A DNA stretch of 64,000 nt. Origin: Lama guanicoe. Lineage: Eukaryota. A program made the position numbers and the translations under genes. Positions 11,915 through 24,666 of the stretch are shown piece after piece. Each line of letters begins with the position of its first letter. Position 1 is the stretch's first letter. The notes beneath the pieces are model-generated. The model did not search any database. It was not told the origin of the DNA and saw only the letters and a program-made list of their open reading frames with translations. The stretch covers positions 7,846,358-7,910,357 of the forward strand of contig MU054187.1 of assembly GCA_013239625.1 (NCBI GenBank). The letters are read 5' to 3'.

Positions 11915-13520
11915 TAAGTATTTTATGTAGAGATCACTGAAGATTCACGAGCAGTTGTAATTTGAAATAATACAGAGAGAACTGTGACCTCATTTCCCCC
12001 AGAGATAACATTGTGCAAAACTATACAGCACAGTGTCACAGCCTGACACTGTCACAATCAAGATGCAGACCTTCTCCATCGCCACAAGGATCGCTCACGT
12101 TGCTCTTCTAAAGCCAGTCTCTGTGTGAAAAGTCACCTGGGTTGTTTCCAGTTCGGAGCCACTATGAATAAAGCTGCGGTGACACTCGTACAGGTTCTTG
12201 TGTGCAAAAAAATCTTTAGTTCTTCAGTATAAAGTTCTAGGACTACAATCCCTGGGCTGTGTGTTTGAAAACACGTCATTAGTTTTCTGGAGTGACTGTG
12301 CCATTTTACATTTCTGCCAGTAAAATATAAGACATCTGGTTTCTCTGCGTCTTTGCCAGCGTTGGGCACTGTCACTTGTTCTGTTCTGTTTTTGCCATTC
12401 TGATAGGTGTGTAGTAGTACTTAATTGCAGTTTTTAATTTGCATCTCTCAAATGGCCAATGATGTGAACACCTTTTCCTGTTCATGTATCTTCTTCAGTG
12501 AATTATCTTTTTATATCTTAGTTCCATGTTCTAATTGGATTGTTTGCTTCCTTCACTGTAGATAATTGAGAGTTCTTTGTACATTCTAGATACTATCCTT
12601 TGTCAAATATGTGGTCTGTAAATATTTTCTTGCACTGTGTAGCTTATCTCTTAATCTTCTTAACAACCTATCTTGCATAATGAACTTTTTAACTTTGTTG
12701 AATCCACTTTATGATTTTTTCAAAAATTTTAAGCATCATGCTTTTGGTGTTAAGTCTGAGAAATTTTTGCTTAGTCCTAGATCTCTAAAATTTTCTTTTT
12801 TTCCCCCTAAAAGTTTTATAGTTTTACGCTTTACACTTAAGTCTGTGATCCATATTGAGGGAATTTTCAACTAAGACGTAAGGCTTAGATTGAGATTAAT
12901 TCATGCTTGTGAATGCCTAATTACTCCAGCACCATTTGTTGAAAAGGTTATCCTTCCAGCATTTCCACCTTCATCAAAACCCAATTGGGCAGATTTGTGT
13001 GGGTATATTTATTTCTAGGTTCTCTCTTTCGTTCCATTGATCTGTGTGTCTTTCTCAAAAAAATCACACATTCTTGATTATTGTAGTTAAATCGTCCTGA
13101 AATCGGACTGATCCCACTCAATTTCTTCTTCCAGTCCTCTGGGTTACTTGTATATTTATTAGAATTCCATTTTGATTTACTTACAGTGTTTTTGAGTATA
13201 TTTATATATACATATTTGATGTTCTCTAGGTATTAAATTACACTTACATAACTTACAGCCTATTGGTGTCTTCATTTTACCAGTTCAAGTGAACTACAGA
13301 AACTACTTCCCTTTACCCTGCTTTGTTTACACTATAATTGTATTTATATTTCCTCTACATACGTTTAGAACCACATCAGACAAGATGATAATTTTTTCCT
13401 TCAACCATAAACATAATTTAAAAACCTCGAAAGAAGAAAGAAAGCAAATATCCAGGGATTTTTGTTGTATTTAGTGGAAGGAACAGAGAAAATTATATCC
13501 ACTTTGTCTTCTCAAAAGCG
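11915..13520 (-). mobile_element. L1MC-type LINE-1, 3' UTR and ORF2 remnants
   Basis: agattcacgagcagttgtaa...aaataatacagagaga and tccatcgccacaaggatc match L1MC1-3 3' UTR; ORF 12133-12375 (AGKDAEK...LFIVAPNWKQPR) is the L1 ORF2 C-terminus. Confidence 0.85.
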
Positions 13521-14394
13521 GAACTCTCCAGATTTTTTATTTGTAAAGATGGCTCTTCTGGTAGTGATTTTCAAACTTTTTTCCCCAAGTCTTATACAAA
13601 AGTCAAGCTTAGAGTAAGAAAAAACAAAACAAAACTGAAATTACTTGAAGAAAAAAAAATGCTTTGAGCTCTGTAAGTTGGATTCTTTACTGTTCTTGCA
13701 ATGAAGCAAGAGTAAAAGGTGCTGGATTTAGGCGTAATGTGGTCCTGGATCTTGGTTGGGTTTTTTTTTTTTTCCCCATAGCTAATTCAGGACAAGAACA
13801 AGAACTCTAGCAAGGTTCTCTAATCAGCCAAAAATGTGACACTAGCTACTCTCACCCTGCCCACTTTGTACTCAGGAAGATACATTCTCCTTGACGGAGA
13901 AATATAATTTCTTGCTACTTGATAAATGAAACTGTCAGGATTGGCAATGGCAGCCTCTTTAATGAAGAGTACATTCAGCATCCATTGAAGACATGCACTG
14001 AGTGCCCCCTGTGCGCCTGGACGACAGGCACCAGGCAGGGATGGTGACGTAATTTGTGAGGGCACGCGACAAGTGACAATGTGGAGCCGCTTATTCAAAA
14101 AGCAGGAAAAAATGTCAGTCAGGGTATGACTATGTAAAACTCATTTCTTCCATGCTATTTCTTGATCCGTCCTAGTGTATTTTATTTGCGATTTAATGTT
14201 GTGCTCCCTCAGGCAGTGGGATTCTCCACTTCCTCCTCTACTTCTCTTCCCACGGGCTCCCTGCCGCAGCACACATGGACCGGCCGCTCCAAGGGATTTT
14301 TTTTAAGGGCCATTGGGCTGGCCAGCAAGGGGCAATCGGTGGGGACTGAAAACAGATTCCCCAGGCCAGGTCCTAGGAAGGACTCAGAAACCTG

Positions 14395-14418
14395 AGTGTG
14401 CGTGTGTGTGTGTGTGTT
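14395..14418. repeat. (TG)n microsatellite
   Basis: gtgtgcgtgtgtgtgtgtgtgt seen directly. Confidence 0.85.
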
Positions 14419-14639
14419 AGGGTGGCGGGACTGTGTATGGTGTTGAACTCAAACTAGAAAAGAGAAAGCATGGTGCCTGATTCCCAGAGTGGCAGCTGGC
14501 CAAGAATCCTCAAGTTAGCAGAAAATGAGGAGGCATCTAAAGGTAGTGTGTGTGTGACCCCAAGGGAGCCCCAAAGACACAGTGACAGTGGGGACTGCTC
14601 AGGCCTGTCCTTCAGCAAATTCCATCACTGCTTTGGCCC

Positions 14640-14960
14640 TGGGTACCATTTCGACTGTTCTCAGAGGCAGCTTGCCCAGTCCCAGCATGCTGGGTCACGA
14701 GCCCTTGACCTTGACAGCCTTCTGCTCCTGGGCCCAGCCGTCTCCTCCTCACCCAGCTCCCTTAGCACAGCCACCGGCTCCTTCTGTTCTCTGCGGAGAG
14801 CCTGCCAGGCCTGGCCCGGCAGCTGCAGCCCCTCCACCTGCCTGCGCCCAGCCAGGACAGCACCTGCCACCTGCGTGTGCTCAGCCTTCTGTTTCTGCAC
14901 ACAGTGTAACTGAGAAGGACCTTACTGTCATCACCAATGACCATCTGATATCTATAACAG
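14640..14960 (+). mobile_element. L2a fragment, GC-rich
   Basis: cagccaccggctccttctgttctc...ccaggcc...cctccacctgcctg aligns loosely to the L2a 3' region. Confidence 0.5.
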
Positions 14961-15163
14961 TGTCTCTAACTGCTTCACTGTATGATGGTTTAAACGTTTT
15001 TTTTTTTTCTCATGCTCTCGCTGACCAGGGTGGGGCTGGAGAGGAGGGAGGCTTGGGTGGCCCGCCCAACCCCCTGGTGGTGCTGAGAGCAGGGATCATG
15101 CTCAGTGCCCTGCTTCTGACCCCAGCGCCCTCCTCTTGACCCCCTAGTGACTTCCTTGTATCC

Positions 15164-15664
15164 TGTTGTTCCAGCTGCAGCCCTTAGCATACAGCAGGCG
15201 GGCCCAGGCCTCAGCCTGCCTAAGAGGCTAAAAGCATTTATCAACCTGACTTTAAATTATACAAATTTTTCTCTTGAGCTGCTTTCCACAGAGCCCCTTC
15301 CTATGCATCCCTTGTTCTAGGTACAAGAATATTAAGAGAGTCCCAAAGCCAGAGGTAAACTTCATACCCAGCAGAGGGAAGGGGAATTCTGCATCTGCAA
15401 AAACAAGAACAATTTTGCAACAACTTTTTGCAATATCCTGTATACTATCTCTATGGAAACTAGCTCCACCCCTTGAGCTCCTGAACTTTTACTATTAAAC
15501 CTTCTGCATTCTCTCCCCAGGAGGCTTACAGTCTTAGAGGTATTACCCCACTGTGACCTCCTGTGCCTGGCAAAGAAATAAAGCTGCCTGTTCTACTTAT
15601 TCCAAAACTCTGTCCTCGAGTCTCAATTCAGTAAGCGAGGTATGAAGGGCATTTTCTGGCAACA
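15164..15664 (+). mobile_element. ERV1-type solo LTR (resembles cetartiodactyl MER41-like LTRs)
   Basis: TGTTG...CAACA termini, TATA-like TATTAAA at about 15493, AATAAA at 15577-15582, U5-like cctggcaaagaaataaagct...ccaaaactctgtc...tttctggcaaca; family name from memory. Confidence 0.78.
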
Positions 15665-16059
15665 ACAGGGTGTCCTGTTGCTGCAAGAAGCAGAGCATCA
15701 TGGAGCTATGAGGGTTTGTCTCTAGGATCTCACGAGGCTGCCAGGCTGGCTTCCTGTGATTTTTGCCTTCTTCCATAATTATATCCAAGGCATTCAAGAC
15801 ATCTTCCAGGTTCACCACTTTTGTACCAGGGCACGCTTGGTTCCTCTTCAGATGTGCATGACAGGTTGGTAGTCACTCATGAATAAGCCATGGTGCTCCC
15901 ACCCTACAACACAGGAGGTCATACATCTAAACTCAGCTCTCCCTGCGCACAGGTGCCCACCATGCGTAGAGGGCAAGGACATCAAGGGAGGGATTAAATA
16001 GCAGGGGAGAACTCATGCCAGAGAGGCTGGTAAGAGGCAGGATCATCTGAGTCAAGAGT

Positions 16060-16246
16060 CCAAGCTTGTGGCACATGCTCCATTGTCCCATGGGACTTCA
16101 CTTACAAAACACAAATAAATTCAGATAAAAATGTTAAGAACTGTAAGGTGCCAACCACAAAGCATTTTACCCTAAGCATGAGACTCTTCTCAGCACTGCC
16201 CTGTGTGACTGCACTGGTCTCATGCAGTGAAGCTGGCCCGGCCCTG
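16060..16246 (-). mobile_element. hAT-Tip100 DNA transposon MER45 (MER45B-like) end fragment
   Basis: Reverse complement reads cagggccgggccagcttca...gtgcagtcacacagggc...ttgtgttttgtaagtgaagtcccatgggacaatggagcatgtg. Confidence 0.8.
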
Positions 16247-16984
16247 GAGACACAATGACAGTGGTACTACACCTTGAAATTCTTTTTTAAGACTTCAAAG
16301 AAACTAGTTTAAAATGCAAAACTTTAGGCTTTTAAGCATATATTTCATGTGTTTTGTTAACACACACTCAAAGAATTTGACTATTTTTTAACTAAATGGT
16401 CGTGTTGTTTTGACATTTGGAAGACATTAACACTTTCAAGTGGCTTCGATAAGATGGGGCTGCTGACTTTCTTTACTTCATCATATCTTGGTATTATGGT
16501 AAAGACACTTATTTTACACTCATAAATTTCTTAGTGATCTCATTATTATTCTGTAATTATTCCTTTAAGACAGGAACTAAGTTCCATTACTCAATAGGGA
16601 CTATTTTATTTCATCAAGAAAAAAGAAGCTGCAGCATATTTACTGTCATTGGTGTAGCTGAAAACCCTCAAATGGCTCTCACCAGCATCCTTAGACCTTA
16701 TTTTTTCCACTTTGTTTGAATAGATGTATTTTGTTTTGTTTTGTTTTGTTTTGCATTTTACCTTTGGTAATATTCAACATTAATTTTGTGGATTAAATCA
16801 GTATGTCCATCTATGTGGATATCCAACAGAATGATATAAATTGGCTTCAAATTTCTTTCTGATTTTCTTGTAAAAGATTTTTGTAATGTTCAGATAAAAT
16901 AATAAAGATGAAAAGGTAGGTTTATAGTTGACTGTAGGATTGGGGCATGAATTCTAATAATAGTGCCAATAATGACAATGATCA

Positions 16985-17155
16985 TATAATATTTTTTATT
17001 GACTGCTGTTTCTGTGTCAATATGTTGCAGGATTTATGAATCCTTGACACATTTAACTTTTCCATTTATTCTTTCACCATTGCAGACTAAGTATTATTGT
17101 TTCTAATTGATAGGTGAGGAAACTGAGGCACAGTAGTGTTAATTTGCCCTAAGAA
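16985..17155 (-). mobile_element. MIR SINE
   Basis: ataggtgaggaaactgaggcacag MIR core motif. Confidence 0.7.
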
Positions 17156-18050
17156 AGTAAAAAAGGTACAGCTTCTTTAACATTTGTGTTCTTTCAACTC
17201 TTCTCTGTAGTCTCCAAAAAAAAAATCTCTCATAAAGACAGAAATACCCTTATTGTTATATATTTGTTAAAAAAAAATCTTGTTTTAAAGGTGGATGACT
17301 CTCATGGATGACTGTGTAATCTAAGGTTCATTATTTGTTGCATTGTTTCATGGTTTTGTTTGTTTATAGTTGGTATATTTAGCCATTACAATATATAAAA
17401 ACACTTCATATCAAGAATAAAGTTAATTTAAAGGAATATTAGAAAGAATTGGCTTAAGATATTTACCCTCATCTGAAAATTAATTAAATTTGACCATAAC
17501 TTTCTTGGTAAATAGACATGTCCACCTTGGAACTCACACGTGAAGTGTTAGTCACTGAGGGCAACAGGGCGGCATGGTAACTGGATTCTCTGAAGACGTC
17601 CTTTTGGACAGCCCTCAAAGACAGTAGCAGAAAGCCTACAGGGTAGGTGGTTTTTAACTTTACTTGCAGAGTTAATTTGGCAGTTGCCTATTGTTCTCTG
17701 CCTTTGTTCCAGTGCTTCTGTCAATTCTAATCCATTCCACTTTTCCGTGGGACTCACCTGAAAAGTCAGCTTGAATCTCTAGAAATAAGAGACTTGGGGT
17801 TAACACACAGTTCATTTTCCCCAAGTAATTGAAAGTGTTTGAGATACTCACTTACATTTATTTGGGACGATCTAACCTCCTAGTTCTTCAATATTTGGAA
17901 AATGTTTTGAACCAAATATGACATATTTGAAGGAGTTTACTTAAGCTGTCTCTTTCTCTTACAGAGGTGTTATTTATATGATTTGAAGCGTTAGAGGAAG
18001 AAAATAATAAAAATCTGATTATTTTTAATATTAGTTCTCCTTTCTGCATG

Positions 18051-18200
18051 AAGAGGCAATTCAGCCTATAGTTAAGAGTGCAGATTCTGAAATCAGCTTG
18101 TCCCATTTTGATCCCAGTTCTGTCCCAGTAGCTATGAAACCTTGAGAAAGTCTCTTAAGTCCTCAAGGTCTCAGGGTCCTCATTGTTACCATACACAAAG
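18051..18200 (+). mobile_element. MIR SINE 5' part
   Basis: gttaagagtgcagattctgaaatcag...gatcccagttctgtccc...agctatgaaaccttgagaaagt. Confidence 0.7.
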
Positions 18201-19081
18201 TGTTAACATCAGTGCCTTTATTCAACATAAACTACTAACATTGACAATATCATGTTTTTGTTAAACCTGTAAACAACTTCCTAACACATTCAGTCTTACA
18301 GTTAACGTTCACTATTGACAGACTAGGAAACTAGGATCCCAAGTGTTTTCATGCCCTAAGTCTCCACGTCGGTCAGCAGATACATTAGGACTAAAACATA
18401 ATGCTTAATGTTTAGGCAAGATCTTTTTCTTTCATTCAATGTGTGTATAATGAATATTTTTCCACTTATCAGAATACAAAGTTCTCAGTGGTTTTGGGTC
18501 CTTCTTGAGATGCCTATTCTTTCATGTATAATTGGTTAAACCCTCTCTATAAAGTATCCTTCTCCCCAAAATTGTTCTGGCTGCATCATTCTCACCCTTC
18601 AGGATTCTGCTTACTCTGTGATAACATACGTGCAAAACTTAACCTTGCGCTAAGTCTCAACTCCCGTTTCAAGATCAGGTTATACCACCTCCTAATTGCT
18701 TCCTTCGAACCTTGTGTTTAACCAAATTATCCTACTGAATTATTTGCTGAGTTTCTTATTTTCCTCCCTAAGTAGATTATTAGGACAGAAACTGTAGCTT
18801 CAACATTAAAGTCTTTCACTTAAAAGAGGTAGTGTTTGAGGGTCTAGGAGTTGAGTCTGCCACCTTGATCATGCCTTCTCTTAGTCCCACCCCACTTCTC
18901 TTTTTCCTTCTCAGTCCTTACCTTTTCTCTTCACTCACAAAGAACAGGAGGCTCACTACACACACAGGCAGAAAAGTCTATTTTTTTTCTTAATTTGCTT
19001 ATATTTGGGCTAGATCCTTAACTTAAAGCAGAGTAAACTCCACTTGGTTGGTATATAATTTATCTAATGCTTCTTTTGCAT

Positions 19082-19400
19082 CAGAGTGTTTCCACACTAA
19101 AACTCCCCAAAGCATTCTCCATGAAAGTCTATGAGGTATTTTGTGAAACAAAAATAGGACCATAGAATACTAATCATAGGTCTGTAAATAAAAATCTTAT
19201 GTTTAAATAGGATCAAGGAATGCTGCCTGGTGTTGCTCTTTCTTAGACTTCATGATGTGCTAATGGTACATTAAAGACTAGTGGAGATCTGAAGTTAACA
19301 GAAACAAAATCACTTGCATTATGTTATGTTTAATCAGCTTTACCTTCAATTATTTGATTCTGAATTCTTAGATGCAGTGTCTCATGCTTCTGGTAGTCTT
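19082..19400. mobile_element. hAT-Charlie MITE, MER103C-like
   Basis: cagagtgtttcc start; catgatgtgctaatggtacattaaagact...gaagt...gaaac and tgtttaatcagc resemble MER103C. Confidence 0.5.
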
Positions 19401-21031
19401 CTGTTCACACCCAGGAAACCCTGCTCTTTTCCGAAAGCAGCAAATGAACTACGCCAGCAACTGCCATTTTCTGCACAGAAGATAATCTCTGCTGATCCTC
19501 CAATATGTTGGGTGTTTTGTTAATTTGTTAATTTGTTCTCTAATTCCCAATGACTTGGGGCATCATTTTGACTGATCCTTAACTACATTTTTAAAGAACA
19601 GTTTTATATGAGAGACACTAAAGAAATACATGATGCTGTAAAGCATAGTAATTATCAAGAATATTGTGGCTAATACTTCAGAGTCTTGGCATAACCTTCC
19701 AGTGAGTTTCTTATTTGTTTTTTAAGTGAACTAACTAACTGCACTTTATTTGAATATTAACGGAGTTTGTAGTCAATTTTCATTACTAATTTTTCTTTCT
19801 TTAGTAATTCTTAATATGTTTTTCATATATAGCCAGAACAACTAGGGAGATATACTCCAGGTCATGCAGCCCTTGAACATTTGATTTTGGTAATCAAGGA
19901 ACAGAATATTTGTCACTCAGTGTGTCTGCAGTGCAGGGTACTTAAAATTTAATATATTCATATTTTTTCCTTTGTATTTTTATTAAACGCTCTACTCGAT
20001 GGATGGGCTTCTTTCTGCTATTTCTCTTGCTAATATCTGTAATTCAATAGTCAAAAGAAACTAGAAATTAGTTTGTACCACATTTTCAAAGGAAAATGTT
20101 TTCTTCTAGCTGCAATTTATTTCTGAGCTAAAGGAAAACATACTATCTTCTAGGTGACTTATTTACAAGGAAAAAAATAAAAGCCCAAGTTTCAAAGATA
20201 AAAATGATTGTGGTATTTCCCTGATAACCGCAGGAGCCCAGATGGACATAGGGTTCCGTCCGGCTCCCTCTGACTGCAGCCATTATTCCTGTCACTCAAA
20301 GGAAGGTCAGTTCACTCAGAGATTTTGCCCAATTGTATTTTCCTTCGCTTGTTGCTGATTTGACAGATGCTTATGTTTTATTAAGATATAACAGGATTTC
20401 AAAATTAAAATTTGATTGTGGTCATTGCATAAAGAATTAAGTATTGCCATGTAATACTGATGCCTTCAGGGGAAAATGTCTTTCTGTGTAGTTCCCAGTC
20501 CAGTAATCCTCCAGTCCAGAGAGGCTATTTTGAACCTGGAACCTATCTTGTCCTGATCACTGTTGGTTAAATCTTACCAAGCCAGGTCTTCCTCCTCCTA
20601 CAATACACGTGTCCTCTGTAAGTGTTTGCCAAGGCGCCATGGGCTCCGCTGGCTTGGCCCTTTCCCGGTTAGAGTGGCTTCTCTCCTGGTTGGCTAGCCA
20701 CGAGCACGTGTGACCGCCTCAGGTCTGGGCTTTGCCCAGGGGTCACCGTGTTTTCTCATCTTTATTATTAGGCCTCATAATGTCCCCCTCAGACTTGAGG
20801 AAGGAAACTAGATGAACCAAAGCCATTCACATCTACAGGTCATGACAGGGAGGCCCAAAGAAGTTAAAAGCCTTATTCACTCGACACAACAGCTACTGAT
20901 GGTACCATGGGCAGAATAGTCTATTGGCCTATCCTGAATTCTGGGCCTGCCAGGTAAATGCTCAAGTTCATGAATGAACTCTATTTCTTGGATCTGCTGC
21001 TCCTCATTCCCAGTCATACAAAGAAAATCTA

Positions 21032-21155
21032 GGGGAGAGTATAGCTCGTGGTAGAACATGTGCTTAGCATGCATAAGTCCTGGGTTCAATCCCCAGGACC
21101 TCCTTTAAGAATAAATAATAAGCCTAATTACTTACCCCTACCCCCCAAAAAAAAA
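21032..21155 (+). mobile_element. Camelid tRNA-Ala-derived SINE (vic-1 type)
   Basis: ggggagagtatagctc-gtggtaga...gcttagcatgc...ctgggttcaatcccca tRNA-Ala(AGC)-like head, AT-rich body, cctaattac...ccccc, A tail; A box has a 1-nt deletion, B box intact. Confidence 0.92.
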
Positions 21156-21179
21156 TTCTGCTTGGATGTTCAAAATATA

Positions 21180-21450
21180 GTTCTCTTGTTTCTGCCTGTG
21201 GCTTCAGACATTCCTTATTTTCTCACCAGGGACAACCTCTTCGCTTATGGTTCACATTCTTTCTCTTCTTCAGTAGATATTCCAAATTTTCTTTCTCCTA
21301 AAATCTTCCTAGTCGGACTACTCCAATATCTGATTATTTCTTTTCTTCTCCAATGGATTTTTACACGTTAATGTACTTCTGCTACAATTTCACTGTGAAC
21401 TTTATATTTTCATTTCCCCACCCAACCTCCTCCTTTATCAGATGATCAAA
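21180..21450 (+). mobile_element. L2 ORF2 fragment
   Basis: CT-rich degraded L2-like sequence; a related piece lies at 22140-22300. Confidence 0.45.
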
Positions 21451-22139
21451 TCTCAAAGATCACATCTCCCATTTTCCTTGAAATTCTTTAAGCTGCTGCT
21501 GCGCTGGGCATGAGCTCTGCTTGTTTGTTTGTTTGTTTGCTTGTTCCTCTTTCTTTGCTGCACTGAAAGAATGGAATGCAAATATTTTCCCTCCAGGGAG
21601 GCTTTGGGAAGGAGAATGAGGTTTTCAGTGGCTAATGATTTGTTTTCTGAGTTTAATGGTCCATCAAAGTCTATTAAGTAATAATAGGAGGAAAAGAGGG
21701 TTCTAAAGAAAGATAGAAGGGGATAAACCAAGATGAGAAAAGAATTTCCCTGAGACTAAGGGAGGATCCAGGAAAGTGGAGGAGGGAAAGGTAAGGGTGA
21801 TAGACGAGGAGCCTGGGAGACTGAGAGCAAGTGGGATAGAGGGACCAGCTGGGAAAACTCAGGCACAGTTGAGAGGCTGGACCTGGTAAAGGGCCCCAGG
21901 AGAGGCCTTGTTCCGGGGCCCAGGAGGCACCAGAGCTGAATCAGAACTCACAGGCCAGTTCTCAGGCCGGCGCTCACTGGAGCCAGCATCTCTCCTTTCC
22001 TCTGCTCGGAGACTAAGAATATGGCGCTCTTGGTGCCTGGCATGTTCACTTGCATCATTCAGCACCTCACCAGCTCTCCCCATCTGCTGGGTGCTGGCCA
22101 CCCAGTTGGGTACAAGACAGGGTTCTGACATACGGTACC

Positions 22140-22300
22140 TATATGTCATCTCTAAAGTTTTTATCTTCAGCACAGATTTCTCTTCTGATTTCAAATTTAA
22201 GGACATTACAAATTTAATACATCCCAAAGCCAACCTCTGATCATCCCCATCTTAGTCCACCCAGTTGCTTAAGCCATAAACCCAGAAGTCATACTCAAAA
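22140..22300 (+). mobile_element. L2 fragment
   Basis: tccacccagttgcttaagccataaacccagaagtcat is a typical L2 motif. Confidence 0.6.
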
Positions 22301-22302
22301 TA

Positions 22303-22760
22303 TGTAGTTTAAAGAGAGTTTAACACAAACTTATTTACAAAAGTGAAGGTGAAATTTAAAGAAACTAGCAAGTAATACTGCAGTAACTCTGAAGTAATGA
22401 CATTGAGAACCCAGAATCCATTCCTCAGCCAGAAGGGGCAACAGAAAAGCGTGGTTACTGAACCCTGAGGCAGGGAGGGCTGTGTCAAAGGACTTTCACA
22501 GGATGTGTGTGTTTCCATCAATGGAGGTGGGCATCCCTCAGCACAGCATGGGGCGCAGGCTGAAAATAATACCTCAGAGTCACTCTCTAGTCTGCATCTC
22601 AGAGCTCCTGTACTATTTCTGAAGCCATTAAAAAACAAAAAACCCCAAACTCTATGGAAGATGTTGATATAATCCCAGAGGTGAGGTTCCCAGGACACAG
22701 GGCAGAGCAGAGAAGGATGAAGAGTAAATCAGGATAGACAAGGAGGGAAAATAAAGCACA
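22303..22760 (-). mobile_element. ERVL LTR, LTR33-like
   Basis: gagagtttaacacaaacttatttacaaaagtg...aaataatacctcagagtcactctc...cccaggacacagggcagagcagagaaggatgaagagtaaatc...agcaca. Confidence 0.68.
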
Positions 22761-23464
22761 ATCACAAACAATTTTTTGACTCACATCTGATTATTTCATG
22801 TCAGTAACCACCATCATGTCCTTAAACTAAAAACTAACAAACAAGAAGGTGGGAAGTGGAGTGCTGGGTAGAGTAGACCAGCCAGAGACTCCCAGGCTGA
22901 GGAAGTGAGTGGTTAATGATTTTTCATTGCCCTTGTCCACTGCTTGCTCATGCGGGGCCCAGGAAGTATGTTTGTTGACTGCCTCCAACTCTCAACCACT
23001 CAGAAACTGAGGTTCCTCCTTCAGGGCTCGTCTGGTTTTGTGGGAATGAAAGCACCCCCCCCCCGAATGTGATCATGTAATCAGATGTTTTACTTTGGTT
23101 CCATTATCTTTCCATCAAAATGCTTTGGAAAAAAATATGATTGATACCACCAAGTTGATTCAGTTGAAGATAAACAATCTTCAAAGCAGAGCTGTCTCTC
23201 CCTGATCTGACTCAGTAGCTCGTAATATTACATTCATAAATTGAATTACTTCTGACTGCTTCTCACTGCCTTTTCTCAAAAACACAAGCTATTCTCTCTC
23301 TCTCTCTTTTTTTTGTTTTACATAATCAATCATGGATTAAAGTAGGTAACACAGGTCATTTGCTACAGATCAATTTCTCTGTAAAACCACAAAGGAAGGT
23401 CAGGAAGAAGAGGGTGAAGACTTTCCAGATTGTTAAAATAGAAGCTTTGCAAAGAAAATCTGAA

Positions 23465-23833
23465 ACTGCTTCTTCCTTTGGCTCTCAGATAACTGCATAC
23501 CTAATTTACTCATATTCATCTTTCTGGTTGCACTTTGAATGTCACCTCATCAAGAAACATCTCTGATGTCCACTTCCAATCTGATATTGGTTTCTTATGT
23601 TAGTCTCCTTCAAAAAATTGCACTTATTTTTATCACAATTAGAGATTATATGCATACTTCTGTTTATGTGGTTTATAGTTTATTTCCAACACTTCTCTGG
23701 ACCTGAGTTCTTCTACTCCGTCACTACTTATGACAACAGAGATCAAATCTCATTTGTTCACCACTAAACATTCAGAAAGTAATAGTTTCCAGAGCATAAC
23801 AGGTGCTCTACACATGTTTGTTAAATGAATGAA
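23465..23833 (+). mobile_element. L2 3' end
   Basis: aatgtcacctcatcaagaaac...tttgttcaccact...ggtgctctacacatgtttgttaaatgaatgaa tail. Confidence 0.75.
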
Positions 23834-24115
23834 ACGTGTTCTTTGGGTCAATAGTTATTAGATGCTCGGCACTTTTGAGAAAATGATTTTACTTCATGAC
23901 CATGTGATCATGTAGAGAGACATCTCAGGGGGAAAAAATCTCCACTAGAGGATAACATTTCAAGAATTTCATTCAGAGGCAACCCACAATCCAAGACCAG
24001 TCTTCAGATTACATCCATTTAAGAAATCTCTAGATTGGTCTCTCCACTTTTCTATGCTTTTTATAAAGCAGATCTCTTATGATCTTTAAGCTTCCCACTC
24101 TAAAAAGTCATTTGG

Positions 24116-24625
24116 TAGCCAAGACATGGAAACAACCTAAATGCCCATTGACAGATGACTGGATAAAGAAGTTGTGGTACATTTACACAGTGGAATACTA
24201 CTCAGCCATAAAAAGAATAAATAATGCCATTTGCTGCAACATAGAGATTGTCATTCCAAGTGAATTAAGCCAGAAAGAGAAAGAAAAAGACCATATGATA
24301 TCACTTATATTTGGAATCTAAAAAAAAAAAAAAGAAACGAACTTATTTACAAAACAGAAACAGACTCACAGACATAGAAGACAAACTTATGGTTACCAGG
24401 GGGGTAGGAGTGGGAAGAGATAAATTGGGAGTTCAAGATTTGCAGACACCAACTAATATATATAAAAGAGATAAACAACAAGTTCATACTGTATAGCACA
24501 GGGAACTATACTCATTATCTTGTAGTAACTTATGGTAAAAAACTATGAAAACAAATATACATATATTCATGTATGACTGAAGCATAATGCTGTACACCAG
24601 AAATTGACATAACATTGTAAACTAA

Positions 24626-24666
<41 letters not shown>

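Noticed and set aside
12133..12375. 80-aa ORF
   Set aside because: Degraded L1 ORF2 C-terminus within the L1MC element
14470..15139. 147-aa and 185-aa ORFs as a coding gene
   Set aside because: They overlap a GC-rich L2 fragment, have Pro/Ala/Ser low-complexity composition, and show no recognisable domain or convincing splice structure
21032..21103. tRNA-Ala gene and the 107-aa ORF 21048-21371
   Set aside because: SINE head with a deleted A-box base; the ORF reads through SINE and L2 sequence
24079..24496. ORFs with a recognisable protein sequence
   Set aside because: C-terminal remnant of L1 ORF2 and 3' UTR in a 5'-truncated, disrupted copy
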